Notes: generated by a model from the letters alone, not told the origin. Shown: positions 1 through 10,339, numbered from the stretch's first letter. The stretch is DNA of 64,000 nucleotides from Nanobdellota archaeon (GCA_021799535.1 JAJZAH010000002.1:80950-144949), one strand, 5' to 3'. Program-made: numbers and translations.

Positions 1-911
1 AAAGCCTTTTCGACATCTTCATATTTGTAAGGGGTCATCTTCGGATCTTTCCCTAAACTGTTAAAGAATCTTTCAAGGATTTTCTTCTCATATATTATCT
101 CCTGGTTTGCGAGGGTGTCAGTGCTTAGTTTGACAAGTTCTTGCAATCCAGATTCAGAGGTGTCTCCTTGATCTTTTACTCCGATGACTTTCTGCTGAAG
201 TTTCGTCGGGAGGTATTCTCCCTCAACAAATTCGTTCTTGGTAGGGATAGGTCCACCTATTAATATTCCGGAAAGTTTTGGCTCGTCGTAAAAAAGGCTT
301 TTCATTTCTTCGGCGATTCTTTTGTAAAATTCCTTGGTAAGCCCTTCTGTTATCCTATGAAATCTTTGGGAACTTTGTCCTCCTGCCCTCACTTTTGATG
401 GGACTCCTGAAGTCATTTTCTGGAGAGTTTCTATTCTTTTTCCGACAAGCCTGCCTATTGTTGCTTCTTTCCTGTCCATGACCAGTAAGGCATATATTTC
501 GGACGCTTCAGTCATTCCCTTTAAAGGCTCCAAGACAAATTCTTTATCGCACCTGTAAAGCCGGACACGGACATCTTCCGGGGGCTCAATTTCCCAGCTT
601 TGTATATCCGGCTGGCCTTCGACAGGGCTGACATCCCCTGCAAATATCACCATGCCCTTTTTTGGAGTCGTTTTATAATCCTTAAGTATTCTTACTATTT
701 TGTCGAGAGAGTCGGAAACATTCTTCCTTGTGGAAGTTGACTTTATGTTCTTTGCAGTTGACTTCTCAGCTTCAAGCTGACGCTGGACTGCATTCACATC
801 ATACCCTGAGGGAATATATACGGATATAAGCTCTGTTGCTCTCCCTCTATGCTCCTTCATTGATAATATGAACTCCTCGAGTTCCTGTTTTGTCATTTGT
901 TGAAGTACCAT
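1..911 (-). CDS. prf1: Peptide chain release factor aRF1 (3' part runs off the window start)
   Basis: Not in the ORF track. Manual minus-strand translation gives MVLQQMTKQELEEF..GRATELISVYIP..AKNIKSTSTRKNV..LYRCDKEF..RAGGQSSQRF, containing the NIKS, YxCxxxF and GGQ motifs. Start could be 896. Confidence 0.95.
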   Translation of the reverse strand, partial: MVLQQMTKQELEEFILSMKEHRGRATELISVYIPSGYDVNAVQRQLEAEKSTAKNIKSTSTRKNVSDSLDKIVRILKDYKTTPKKGMVIFAGDVSPVEGQPDIQSWEIEPPEDVRVRLYRCDKEFVLEPLKGMTEASEIYALLVMDRKEATIGRLVGKRIETLQKMTSGVPSKVRAGGQSSQRFHRITEGLTKEFYKRIAEEMKSLFYDEPKLSGILIGGPIPTKNEFVEGEYLPTKLQQKVIGVKDQGDTSESGLQELVKLSTDTLANQEIIYEKKILERFFNSLGKDPKMTPYKYEDVEKA

Positions 912-948
912 GTCAAGATAAGAAAAAGTGGTGTTTTAAATTTTGGGG

Positions 949-3282
949 TCAAAAAAATTCCACCCTGAACTCTTCTCCTGGTTTTATCCCGCGCGAGTTT
1001 GTTACATTTTTCAGATCCTCGAGCATTTCTTTTAGACCTTCGTGGATTTCCTTTTCGAGTGTCAGCATTATCTCTGAATTCATCGATTTTTTATTGTTTG
1101 TTTTTTCCTGCCTTATCCTTGAGAGCTGATAAAAAAATGAGTCCAACTCCTCTGACGCTTTTGCTTTCGGCTCAGGCTTTGGCCATCTTTCAAGATGTAT
1201 TGATTTTTCTTTTTCATATCTTCTGAAGTTTTCCTGATAAATCTCTTCAGTTATAAAAGGCATTATTGGGGCTATCAATTTCAATATGGTCAGGAGCGCT
1301 TTGTATAGGGTGTACTGTGCAGAGAGCTTTTTGTCCCTCTCTCCCTGATAGACTCTTTTCTTGACGATTTCGAGGTAATTTCCTGTAAATGCATCCCAAA
1401 AAAACTTTTCTATGTGATTTCTTGCGCCGGAGTAATTATATTTCCCGAATTCTTTGGTGACTTCTCTGACTAAAAGGTCCAGTTTTGCCAGGAAAAGCTC
1501 ATCAATCCTTTCGAGCCTTTTTGGCTTCTTTTTTCCATCATAATCTTTCAGATTCATGAATACAAATTTTGAGGCATTGGTTATTTTATTGACGAGTTTT
1601 TTTCCTGTAATTAAATCTTTCTCCTGATAATCCAAATCCTGCCCCAAGCTTGAGCCGGCGGCCCAGAAACGCAGGGCGTCTGCGCCATACTTTTCTATGA
1701 CCTCTCTGGGATCAATTACGTTTCCTTTTGATTTACTCATCTTCTCCCCTCCCAAAGAAACATTCCCTGAAATGATTATCTCTTTCCACGGGATTTTTCC
1801 TTCATGAAGATATGCTTTCACAATTGTGTAGAATGCCCATGTCCTTATTATGTCATGAGCTTGTGGTCTGAGGGAGAAGGGGATTTTTACTTTGTTCCCG
1901 AACATGCTGCTTGCGATATTCGGAGTGGCTGATGAAGTTGCCCAGGTATCAAGAACCATTTTTTCCGGTTCCGCGAACCTGCCACATTTTGGGCATTTTC
2001 TCTTTGTTTCAAGAGGGTCCACAGGAAGTTCTGCCTCTTCGGGAAGAATTATTTTTTTGCACTCGGGGCATTCCCATACTGGTATAGGGACGCCGAAGTG
2101 CCTGTTTCTTGATATTGACCAGTCCCATTCAAGGCCTTTGACCCAGTTGTCATATCTTTTTTTCATGAACTTCGGATGCCATGAGATTTTTTCGGCTTGT
2201 TTAAGGAACTCTTTTTTCTTGTCAAGCACTTTTATGAACCATTGTGGGGTCTCAACGAATTCGATTTCGGTTCCACATTTGTCGTGTACATTTACCACAT
2301 GGTTTATCTCTTTTTGCTCTTCAATTAACATTTTATCTTTCAAATCTCCGAGAATCTTTTTTCTTGCATCTTTTATCTTAAGCCCCTCGTATCCAGGAGC
2401 TTCTATCTTTCCGTCTTTTGTTATAATTGCTCTGGGTTTCAGGCTGTGGCGGTTTATAGCATCAACGTCGAAACGGTCACCGTAGGAGCAGATCATCAGG
2501 GCCCCAGTTCCTTTATCAATCTGTGCTGAATCGTCTTCAACTATTGGAACTTCAAAATCAAAAATAGGAACTTTAGCCTTTTTTCCCACGAATGATTTAT
2601 ACCTTTTGTCTTTCTGGTTGACAAAAACGGCTACGCATGCATAAAGGAGTTCCGGTCTTGTTGTGGATATGGGGAAGTTTTTCCCGTCTACTTTGAACTT
2701 TAAAGTTGAGAATTTGCTTGGCATCTCCTTGTCTTCCAGTTCTGCCTGGGCAATTGAAGTCTGGCATTCAGGGCACCATATTGTCGGGAGGTTTTTTTTG
2801 TATATATGATCTTTTTTATACAGATCGATAAATGATTTCTGTGACGTCTTCTGTGACGAATGATCGATTGTGGAATAGGTTTTTTCAAAGTCACATGAGA
2901 TTCCCAATCTTTTCCATCCCTTTATGAATTCAGGGGATATATCTTTCAATGTTTTGAGGCAGAGCTTTATGAACTCCGCGCGGCTCATTCCAACACTCCT
3001 GACGTTATTTATTTTTTCAACAAGCCTTTCTGTTGGCAGCCCGTTGTCATCTGTCCCGAAAGGGTAAAAGACATTGCCTTCCTTCATTCTTTTGAATCTT
3101 GCTATGAAATCTGCCTGTGAATAGCTGAAAGCGTGGCCTATGTGCATCTTCCCGGAAACCGTAGGCGGAGGAGTGTCTATTGAGAATATGTCTTTTGATT
3201 CTGGATCTTTTGTCTTGTAAATATGCTCTTTTTCCCAGAATTCTTGCCATTTTTTCTCAATGTCTTCGACTTGCTCGGCCAT
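949..3282 (-). CDS. valS: Valine--tRNA ligase
   Basis: DTPPPTVSGKMHIGH (HIGH), DWSISRNR, DTWATSS, KMSKS; archaeal-type length. Confidence 0.96.
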   Translation of the reverse strand: MAEQVEDIEKKWQEFWEKEHIYKTKDPESKDIFSIDTPPPTVSGKMHIGHAFSYSQADFIARFKRMKEGNVFYPFGTDDNGLPTERLVEKINNVRSVGMSRAEFIKLCLKTLKDISPEFIKGWKRLGISCDFEKTYSTIDHSSQKTSQKSFIDLYKKDHIYKKNLPTIWCPECQTSIAQAELEDKEMPSKFSTLKFKVDGKNFPISTTRPELLYACVAVFVNQKDKRYKSFVGKKAKVPIFDFEVPIVEDDSAQIDKGTGALMICSYGDRFDVDAINRHSLKPRAIITKDGKIEAPGYEGLKIKDARKKILGDLKDKMLIEEQKEINHVVNVHDKCGTEIEFVETPQWFIKVLDKKKEFLKQAEKISWHPKFMKKRYDNWVKGLEWDWSISRNRHFGVPIPVWECPECKKIILPEEAELPVDPLETKRKCPKCGRFAEPEKMVLDTWATSSATPNIASSMFGNKVKIPFSLRPQAHDIIRTWAFYTIVKAYLHEGKIPWKEIIISGNVSLGGEKMSKSKGNVIDPREVIEKYGADALRFWAAGSSLGQDLDYQEKDLITGKKLVNKITNASKFVFMNLKDYDGKKKPKRLERIDELFLAKLDLLVREVTKEFGKYNYSGARNHIEKFFWDAFTGNYLEIVKKRVYQGERDKKLSAQYTLYKALLTILKLIAPIMPFITEEIYQENFRRYEKEKSIHLERWPKPEPKAKASEELDSFFYQLSRIRQEKTNNKKSMNSEIMLTLEKEIHEGLKEMLEDLKNVTNSRGIKPGEEFRVEFF

Positions 3283-3316
3283 GGAGAAAAGAAATGAATG
3301 GAATTTAAAAAATATG

Positions 3317-4063
3317 CTATTCTTCGGAACTATATTTTTTTAGATAGCTGTATATATTAGGAAAAATTATCTTATTCTTTTCATCAAAGCTCTCTTCATT
3401 TATTCTGATAGGAAACTCTTTTGGGATCCCCTCTAATATTTTTTTCAGAAATCCAAGATAGTGTTTCTCGTTTGGTGCAAGGATGCTTCTTGTGAATTTT
3501 TGTGACTCTACAAAATAAAAGATTCCATCTTTTTCATAATTTTTATCATTGCTTTCCTTTGAATAGTCCGAGAAATATTTATATTCCAAGCACCCCTCTA
3601 AGAAGTTTGAAACTCTTTTTTCGGATTTTTTGTTTTCTACGAATTTCCCGAGTTCAAATTTTTTGAAGATTATAAAGTAAGGCAGTATCCTCCTGTATTC
3701 TTCTTTATCTAAATTTTTAAACCCATAAGATTTTTCCAAAAGTCTGATAGTTTTCTCTTTTTCTGGAAAATACCACAGGATGCAAGATCCTTTTTCTGAA
3801 TAATGTCCTTTATTGTCCGTTTCTATAGTCAAACCCTCGTTTTCCATCGATTTTTCCATGAAAAAAGACGAGAGTTTATTCAATGGCTCTTTTTCATTTG
3901 GTAAATTTAACTCTTGAATAAGTGGGAACCCAAATTCTATAGAAAAATCTGCAAGTCTATCAGAGTAGAAATTATGATAATTGCCATTGAACCTATACTC
4001 CTTATAACTGAATTCTTCCATCTTTTTGATTATCTTTTCATCAATGTTTTTTTCTGCTTCCAT
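3317..4063 (-). CDS. Hypothetical protein (orphan), divergent from Lrp regulator
   Basis: 248-aa ORF filling the gap; no motif recognised. Confidence 0.7.
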   Translation of the reverse strand: MEAEKNIDEKIIKKMEEFSYKEYRFNGNYHNFYSDRLADFSIEFGFPLIQELNLPNEKEPLNKLSSFFMEKSMENEGLTIETDNKGHYSEKGSCILWYFPEKEKTIRLLEKSYGFKNLDKEEYRRILPYFIIFKKFELGKFVENKKSEKRVSNFLEGCLEYKYFSDYSKESNDKNYEKDGIFYFVESQKFTRSILAPNEKHYLGFLKKILEGIPKEFPIRINEESFDEKNKIIFPNIYSYLKKYSSEE

Positions 4064-4157
4064 ATCAAGGTGATGAAGGGTAAATTATTAAAATTTGCTT
4101 TAATTATTTTTGACAAAAAATCAAAAAATATAAAAATATGGATTGTTATTCAAATAT

Positions 4158-5111
4158 ATGGAGATAAGTGAATTCGACAAAAAGATACTTTATGAGTTAG
4201 ATAGGAATTCAAGAGCGTCTCTTTCAGTTCTCTCGAAAAAGTTGAAAAAATCAAAGCAATTCATAGATTACAGGATAAGAAAGCTCGAATCAGATGGGAT
4301 AATCTCAGGTTACAATGCGATAGTTGATGCTTCGAAACTAGGCTTTTTCACATACAGATTTTACATTAAACTAAAACAGATGAATTCAACTAAAGAGAAA
4401 GATATTCTTGACTTCCTGAACCGTAGCAAGGAAGTCTGGACAGTTGCAAAACTTTATGGTAAGTGGGACTATGCATTCTTTATTGGGGTGGAGAAAATAA
4501 AGGATCTTTATTCTGTTTGGGAAAATTTCAATTCGAGGTTCAAGAAAAACGTAAAAGATTATGAAATGGCTTTATATGGGAAAGTGACCAATTTAAATAA
4601 GAGATTTTTCATGGATGGAAATCCTCCAACAATTGAGAGGATTTATGGAATCTCTGAGAAACTCAAATTTGATGAAGCGGATTTTAAGATAATCGAGATA
4701 CTCTCAAAAAATGCAAGGACTTCACTTGTAGAGATTTCTGGCAAAACAAGGAAATCAATAAACACCACAAAAAGGAAGTTGAAAGAACTTGAGAGTAAAG
4801 GAATAATCTGCGGTTATAAACTTAATATAAATTTGAAATCTCTAAATTATACTGGTTATAGAGTTGACTTATATCTGTCTTCAAATAAGCAGAAAGATGA
4901 AATTTACAAGTTTTGTAAATCTGATAAGAAGATTTATTTGATTGTTAATCCGATTGGCGGGGCTGATTTGGAACTCTCTTTTATCACAAGGAGTTTATAT
5001 GAACTTCATGAGGAAATAGGTGCTTTGAAAGAGCTTTTCGGCGAGGATATAAATTATTATGAATATTTTGAGTTTTCGAATTTCACGAAAGTAACTTTGA
5101 CTCCGGATTAA
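4158..5111 (+). CDS. Double-domain Lrp/AsnC family transcriptional regulator
   Basis: Two HTH+RAM repeats (DKKILYELDRNSR..RIRKLESDGIISGY; DFKIIEILSKNAR..KELESKGIICGY); ATG at 4158 preferred. Confidence 0.88.
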   Translation: MEISEFDKKILYELDRNSRASLSVLSKKLKKSKQFIDYRIRKLESDGIISGYNAIVDASKLGFFTYRFYIKLKQMNSTKEKDILDFLNRSKEVWTVAKLYGKWDYAFFIGVEKIKDLYSVWENFNSRFKKNVKDYEMALYGKVTNLNKRFFMDGNPPTIERIYGISEKLKFDEADFKIIEILSKNARTSLVEISGKTRKSINTTKRKLKELESKGIICGYKLNINLKSLNYTGYRVDLYLSSNKQKDEIYKFCKSDKKIYLIVNPIGGADLELSFITRSLYELHEEIGALKELFGEDINYYEYFEFSNFTKVTLTPD

Positions 5112-5113
5112 GC

Positions 5114-5749
5114 TTAAAAGTTCTCCCATTCCCTCAGAGGCACAAAGAAGTAACTTTCCGGGGTGTAAGATTTTGTTATGCTTTTGCCTTTCTTTTTCAG
5201 GATTATAATCGGACCCCTTTCCATGGGGAACAGCATTATGCCTTTATTTTTCAGATGCAATTTTCCAAATTTTTCGATCTCTTTTTCTTCTGCTTTGCCT
5301 GTACCTGCACTGAAGACGATTCTGTCAAATTTACTTTCAGCGTCTTTGAAGTTTTTCCTTATTATTCTAATGTTCTTTATTCCTGCCACCTTAATGTTCT
5401 TTTTTGAAAATTTTACCATCTCTTCGGATATCTCAAGACTTGTAACTTTTCCGGGGTCTACAAGAAATGCGATTAACGCGGCATTCCAGCCGCTCCCAGT
5501 TCCTATTTCGAGGATGTTCTGGCCCTTTTTCAGCTCAAGTAATGAGAGCATTCTTGCGACCGTTGAGGGCTGTGAAATTGTTTCTTTTTCACCGATTCGA
5601 ATCGCCGAATCAAGATAAGCGGTTTGGGGGTCTTTCACGAAATATTTGCGATCGATTTTCTTTATGGATTCAATTATTCGGGAGTCTATTCTTCCGAATA
5701 TAGAAAGATATTTTTTCACGGAGTTGATCATATTTCTTTTTGAATCCAT
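5114..5749 (-). CDS. pcm: Protein-L-isoaspartate O-methyltransferase
   Basis: TISQPSTVARML, ILEIGTGSGWNAA, C-terminal FVPL. Confidence 0.92.
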   Translation of the reverse strand: MDSKRNMINSVKKYLSIFGRIDSRIIESIKKIDRKYFVKDPQTAYLDSAIRIGEKETISQPSTVARMLSLLELKKGQNILEIGTGSGWNAALIAFLVDPGKVTSLEISEEMVKFSKKNIKVAGIKNIRIIRKNFKDAESKFDRIVFSAGTGKAEEKEIEKFGKLHLKNKGIMLFPMERGPIIILKKKGKSITKSYTPESYFFVPLREWENF

Positions 5750-5892
5750 TTTTTAATGAGTCTATTAAAGTTGAACTATTTTGCGGGGAACTCATATAGC
5801 TTGCAGGCTTTAAGCCGAAAATCTGGGTGAATACTCCATCTATCCGGAATTTCACAAAAACCTTTTTATACTCGGGATTATTAAATTCATCC

Positions 5893-6051
5893 ATGGCAGA
5901 TACAGGAATTAGCTTACCATCTGGTTTTGGTGGGCTTGTGAGCTATAAGGAAGAATATGCAAGTAAATTCATGCTAAAACCAGTGCATGTCATGGTGTTT
6001 ATTGCCCTGATTGTTGCTTTCAGAATTGGTCTCGGCTTTTTCTTGGGTTAA
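5893..6051 (+). CDS. Preprotein translocase subunit Sec61beta
   Basis: MADTGISLPSGFGGLVSYKEE..LKPVHV followed by one TM helix. Confidence 0.85.
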   Translation: MADTGISLPSGFGGLVSYKEEYASKFMLKPVHVMVFIALIVAFRIGLGFFLG

Positions 6052-6052
6052 A

Positions 6053-6385
6053 ATGTTTGGCGGGATAAATCCTAAACAGATTCAGGGTATGATGAAAAAG
6101 ATGGGGATTTCACAGGAAGAAATCAGCGCCGAGAAAGTGACAATTGAAAAGAAAGATGGTACAATAATTTCAATAGAAAATCCCTCGGTTATTGAGATAA
6201 AAATGCAGGGGGAGATTAGTTTTCAGATTTCCGGAGAGGTCAGTGAAAAATCAAAGGAGGTTGAGGTTTCTCCGGAGGATATCAGGACTGTCATGGAAAA
6301 GACCGGATGTTCAATGAAAAGGGCCAAGGAAGTTTTGGGGAGAACTAAAGATTTAGCCGAGGCGATTCTTGAAATTTCAAGTTAG
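6053..6385 (+). CDS. nac: Nascent polypeptide-associated complex protein
   Basis: MFGGINPKQIQGMMKKMGI, FQISG, C-terminal UBA-like EDIRTVMEKTG..DLAEAIL. Confidence 0.93.
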   Translation: MFGGINPKQIQGMMKKMGISQEEISAEKVTIEKKDGTIISIENPSVIEIKMQGEISFQISGEVSEKSKEVEVSPEDIRTVMEKTGCSMKRAKEVLGRTKDLAEAILEISS

Positions 6386-6437
6386 ATAATTATAAAAAGG
6401 TTTGAAACTTTTTAATTAAAATTTTCAATTTAAAAAA

Positions 6438-6884
6438 ATGGAAGAGATTATCCAAGAAAAGATAAGTGCAGACCATCTTCTATATGTGAGTTTGAAGTAT
6501 ACAAAGACGTGTGATGTCATAATGAATCTCCTTTTAAGGTGGAGGAAAATGATTGAAATGTGTATAATTTATATGCTGAAAGATGCCAAAAAGAAGGGAA
6601 AAATCAAGGAGGTTCCAGATAATGCTATTGGAAGAATAAATGAGGCAAAGATTCTCTTTAAGAAGGATAAAAATGCACTTGATACGCTTGATCTTTTTAT
6701 GATGCTCCGGAAAATTGAGGGTCTTGAGACAGAACGCATAGGTGAGTTTAGGAAGAATGTGACTCTCAAAGTGATATTCCGGGGAAAAGAAATAAATATT
6801 AACCTTGAGAAATTGAAAGAATACGCGGAAATGCTTGAAAACTTTGTGGATATGGTAAGGGAGACATTGGGGAAAAATGAATAG
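6438..6884 (+). CDS. Conserved hypothetical protein
   Basis: ADHLLYVSLKYTKTCDVI..EFRKNVTL, a pattern I associate with DPANN proteins; overlaps the minD start. Confidence 0.75.
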   Translation: MEEIIQEKISADHLLYVSLKYTKTCDVIMNLLLRWRKMIEMCIIYMLKDAKKKGKIKEVPDNAIGRINEAKILFKKDKNALDTLDLFMMLRKIEGLETERIGEFRKNVTLKVIFRGKEININLEKLKEYAEMLENFVDMVRETLGKNE

Positions 6885-7650
6885 GATGATTGTTATTGCC
6901 TCGGGTAAAGGTGGGGTTGGTAAAACGACTACTGCGATAAATCTTGGTGCGGCAATGAGGTCTTTTGGAAAGGATGTGCTTGTTATCGATGCTAATATGT
7001 CAACCCCTAATGTCGGGATCCATCTTAACTCTCCGGAGGTGCCCATAAGTCTGAACCATGTTCTTCAAAGAAAGGCTCAACCTCAAGAGGCAGTTTATTC
7101 CCATGAATCAGGCATAAAGATAATCCCATCTTCGCTTTCAGTTAAGGAGCTGAAAAAGCTGAAATTTGAGAAGCTCAGGGAATTCAGAAACGACTTCAAG
7201 AGCTTGGCTGAGTATGTTATCTTAGACTGCTCGGCTGGTTTGGGGAAAGAGGCCATGAGCGCGATGGAAATGGCTGATGAAGTGATACTTGTTTCAAATC
7301 CAGAGATGCCTGCGATAACTGATGCGTTAAAGACAATAAAGGTCGCTCAGGGACTTAAAAAACCAATAACCGGAGTGATAATGACAAGAGTAAAGAAAAA
7401 TGATTATGAGCTTCCCCCTGAGACGGTGAAAGACATGCTTGAGGTTCCAGTGTTGGGGATGATCCCGGAGGATGAACTTTTCCAAGATTCTCTTAGGAGA
7501 AAGAACCCTCTTGTTCATCTGCATCCTAAGTCAAAACCTGCAAGAGCATACAAAGAGATTGCCGCAAGACTCATCAATATTGAATATGATTCTGATAAAG
7601 ATCGCGAGACTTTAATTGAGAAAATAAGGGGTTTCCTTGGCGTAAGGTAG
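6877..7650 (+). CDS. minD: MinD/ParA family ATPase
   Basis: Deviant Walker A SGKGGVGKTT, IDAN, LDCSAG, PEMPAITDA. Confidence 0.9.
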   Translation: MNRMIVIASGKGGVGKTTTAINLGAAMRSFGKDVLVIDANMSTPNVGIHLNSPEVPISLNHVLQRKAQPQEAVYSHESGIKIIPSSLSVKELKKLKFEKLREFRNDFKSLAEYVILDCSAGLGKEAMSAMEMADEVILVSNPEMPAITDALKTIKVAQGLKKPITGVIMTRVKKNDYELPPETVKDMLEVPVLGMIPEDELFQDSLRRKNPLVHLHPKSKPARAYKEIAARLINIEYDSDKDRETLIEKIRGFLGVR

Positions 7651-7680
7651 CAAGTATATCCTTTCTAACTTATAAACAAA

Positions 7681-8025
7681 TCAGTCGCTTTTCAAGACGT
7701 CTTTTGTTCCAGATTCCTTGTTAGAGAAGAGGATTTCATTAGGAACCGAGAAAAATATATCGCTGTTTTCACTTGCTCCTTTTACAAGTATGCTCGAATC
7801 TTTTTCCCTTCTTGATGCAACTAACACCTCTGCAAGGCCTATATTCTTTTTGACGGGGGTTAGTTTTTCCCTCATTATCCATATCCCATAACTATCTTTT
7901 TCAGCTCCTACAAAATCAATCTCATATTCACTACTAAACATACCCGGAAAATAGTTTACTTTCATGAATGCCTCTTCCATTTCTCTTAGAGAGAAAAGAG
8001 GTTTATAGTCAAATATCTTTTGCAA
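7681..8025 (-). CDS. Hypothetical protein
   Basis: 114-aa ORF filling the gap; start uncertain. Confidence 0.5.
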   Translation of the reverse strand: MQKIFDYKPLFSLREMEEAFMKVNYFPGMFSSEYEIDFVGAEKDSYGIWIMREKLTPVKKNIGLAEVLVASRREKDSSILVKGASENSDIFFSVPNEILFSNKESGTKDVLKSD

Positions 8026-8067
8026 TCTATATTTTTTATCATATCTTTTGAGAAATAACTTTTCCAG

Positions 8068-8409
8068 TCAGCTTATCTTACTTCCGACTTCGATATCTTC
8101 GGAGGGTATAAGGACGGATACTTTGCTGTGATCCCCCTTTGTGGCAGCAAGAAGCATTCCATGCGACTCAATTCCTTTCATAATTCTTGGTTTAAGATTT
8201 GAAAAATATACTATTTTTCTGTTGAGCAGTTTTTCTTTTGAGTAAAAAGGTTTTAGCCCTGCGCAGATTATCCTCTCTCCCAACTCTCCGACATCAAGTG
8301 TCAGTTTGTAAAGTTTGTCGGCTCCAGGAATATCCTCCGCTTTTTTTATCTGTGCAACCCTGAGATCCAATTTATCCCAGTCTGAGAATTCAATTACCCC
8401 TTCTGCCAT
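8068..8409 (-). CDS. tRNA-binding OB-fold protein (Trbp111/MetRS C-terminal-like)
   Basis: KLDLRVAQI..ADKLYKLTLDVG..NLKPRIMKGIESHGMLLA. Confidence 0.9.
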   Translation of the reverse strand: MAEGVIEFSDWDKLDLRVAQIKKAEDIPGADKLYKLTLDVGELGERIICAGLKPFYSKEKLLNRKIVYFSNLKPRIMKGIESHGMLLAATKGDHSKVSVLIPSEDIEVGSKIS

Positions 8410-8557
8410 CTTTTTAAAATACGCATTTACTTTATTAATCTTATTCTTTACCGCTTTCAATGATATGGCGAAGCCGGCTTTTCTTCGAGATTTATAATCC
8501 CAAAAATATTTAAAACAAAGCCCCTTAGAAATAAAATATTCTTAACGGAAGGATAAA

Positions 8558-9190
8558 ATGTCAAAGATAAAATGTCGCGTTTGCGGAGAGAATGTGAAAA
8601 GTGGCCATAATTTTTGTCCTAATTGCGGGACTCAAATTGGGAATAATCAAGACAGGTGGGGTCTTCTTGGGAAGAATGACATGTCCCCTGCTGAAAAACC
8701 TGGTCTTTTTGGCAGTTTTGGCGACAAAATAATCAGCAAGATGATTGCAGGAACTTTCAAAATGCTTGAAAAAGAGATGGCTAAAGATTTGCAAAACGGC
8801 CCTAAGCTCCCTTTCGGCAATATGAAGCTCGTGATAAACGGGAGGGAGGTGACGCCGGTTCCCGAAAAACCGGCAAAAAAGGACTCGAACGTGAAATTCT
8901 TGCCGATAGAGTTTTCTGATGAGAATCTTGACAAATGGAAAAAGCTGAAAAAGAAAGAGCCAAAGTCGAAACTGAAAAGAGTAGATGACAGGATAGAATA
9001 TGAAGTTGAAATTCCGGGAGTTAAATCAATAAAAGACATTTCCATAATCAAGCTTGAAAACAGCCTTGAGATAAAGGCAGTTGGTGACAGGGAAGGGTAT
9101 CTGAAGAGAATCCCTATAGATTTGCCTCTGAAGAAATACTCACTTCTGAAGGGAATCCTGACTCTTGAAATGGATGCCTCCGAGAATTAA
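8558..9190 (+). CDS. Zinc-ribbon protein with C-terminal Hsp20-like domain
   Basis: CRVC..CPNC; C-terminal EVEIPGVKSIKDI..LEIKA..GILTLEM. Confidence 0.65.
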   Translation: MSKIKCRVCGENVKSGHNFCPNCGTQIGNNQDRWGLLGKNDMSPAEKPGLFGSFGDKIISKMIAGTFKMLEKEMAKDLQNGPKLPFGNMKLVINGREVTPVPEKPAKKDSNVKFLPIEFSDENLDKWKKLKKKEPKSKLKRVDDRIEYEVEIPGVKSIKDISIIKLENSLEIKAVGDREGYLKRIPIDLPLKKYSLLKGILTLEMDASEN

Positions 9191-9287
9191 TTTGTTTTTT
9201 GAGTCCATAAATTCTTATAAACCATGCTTTATTGAAACTTAAATGAACACCCAAAAAGGGTTTTTTTTAACTCCTCAAATCAGTACA

Positions 9288-9635
9288 ATGGAAAGGATAA
9301 AATATGTAATGGTAACGGGTTTCGGTTATAATCCAGATTACAAACTTTATGTTCCGGACAGATTTGTTCTTGGGGATTTCAGAAAAATAAAAAATAATCT
9401 TTCTTTCTCAGGAAAATTCTCATATGTTGATGATAAACACGTTCTTGATAAATATTTTAAAAGTATACGTGATGGGAGTTTGATTCTTTTCAGATGGACC
9501 GAAATCTCTGATCAACTTGTAGATGAGATAACATCTTGTGGTAATTTGTACAATGAATCTAAAAGGACCCTTGCGGACCTTACGCAATTTTCTCTTCCAG
9601 CTTTTCTTAATGATTTTCTCATTAAAAATAAATGA
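9288..9635 (+). CDS. Hypothetical protein
   Basis: ORF with start at 9243 or 9288; its stop codon overlaps the tRNA-Ile 3' end. Confidence 0.55.
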   Translation: MERIKYVMVTGFGYNPDYKLYVPDRFVLGDFRKIKNNLSFSGKFSYVDDKHVLDKYFKSIRDGSLILFRWTEISDQLVDEITSCGNLYNESKRTLADLTQFSLPAFLNDFLIKNK

Positions 9636-9769
9636 GGCTACACAGATTTGAACTGTGGACCTCTGCCTATCTAACGATTGTCTATCTTAAGGGAAGATAG
9701 AGCGGTAGGAAACCGCCAGGCGTCCTTCGCTATCAGAGCAGCGCTCTAGCCAGGCTGAGCTATAGCCTC
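9633..9769 (-). tRNA. tRNA-Ile(GAT) with 62-nt canonical 37/38 intron (9669-9730)
   Basis: GAGGCTA/TAGCCTC acceptor stem; CTGCT-CT-GAT-A|intron|A-GGCAG; T-arm CACAG-TTCAAAT-CTGTG; BHB helix CTGA/TTAG. Confidence 0.93.
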
Positions 9770-9808
9770 ATGGCTTTGGAAAATAAAAGTTGTTTATAAG
9801 TTTTGTGA

Positions 9809-10339
9809 CTATACTGCCCTGCCGAGAAAGAATTCTCCCATGGTTTGTATAATTCCCGCATTAGATTTTTTGTTCAGGTTTTTTATCATGATAGTATCAG
9901 GATGATTATTGTCATAAAGAGGCCAATTTTCCAGGATAGGCGCATAACCGCGTCTTATAAAGAAATTTCCAATCCATTTCTTCTCTGATCTGTAATCCCA
10001 GATCACGGCTTTTGCTCCGTGCTTTCTTGCTCTTTTTTCAACCTGTTTTTCCAGGAAGGTTGCGCAGCCCGAATCTCTGAATCCTTTGAGAACCCTGAGA
10101 TTTTTCCCTTCATAAATCCATCCGAGCTCTTTACGAAGCTGTGAAATTACGTTTCCTATTACGGCACCATTGCTTTCCACAATTATACTCTGTTTATAGC
10201 CTGCTAAAATTTCATAGAATGCTTTCTCAATCCAAACTTCCCAATTTTGATAATCCAGCCCCTGTGGTCTCAGGAAGCTTATGAGTTTGTCGAGGGTTTT
10301 TCTGTCCTCAACTGGAATGAAATGAAAATCAACAGCCAT
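9809..10339 (-). CDS. GNAT-like acetyltransferase
   Basis: LRVLKGFRDSGCATFL (motif A-like), FFIRRGY. Confidence 0.65.
   Translation of the reverse strand: MAVDFHFIPVEDRKTLDKLISFLRPQGLDYQNWEVWIEKAFYEILAGYKQSIIVESNGAVIGNVISQLRKELGWIYEGKNLRVLKGFRDSGCATFLEKQVEKRARKHGAKAVIWDYRSEKKWIGNFFIRRGYAPILENWPLYDNNHPDTIMIKNLNKKSNAGIIQTMGEFFLGRAV

Noticed and set aside
5784..5850. tRNA-like sequence with a TTA anticodon on the plus strand
   Set aside because: No proper D-arm, T-loop or acceptor pairing; the anticodon stem is only 3 bp
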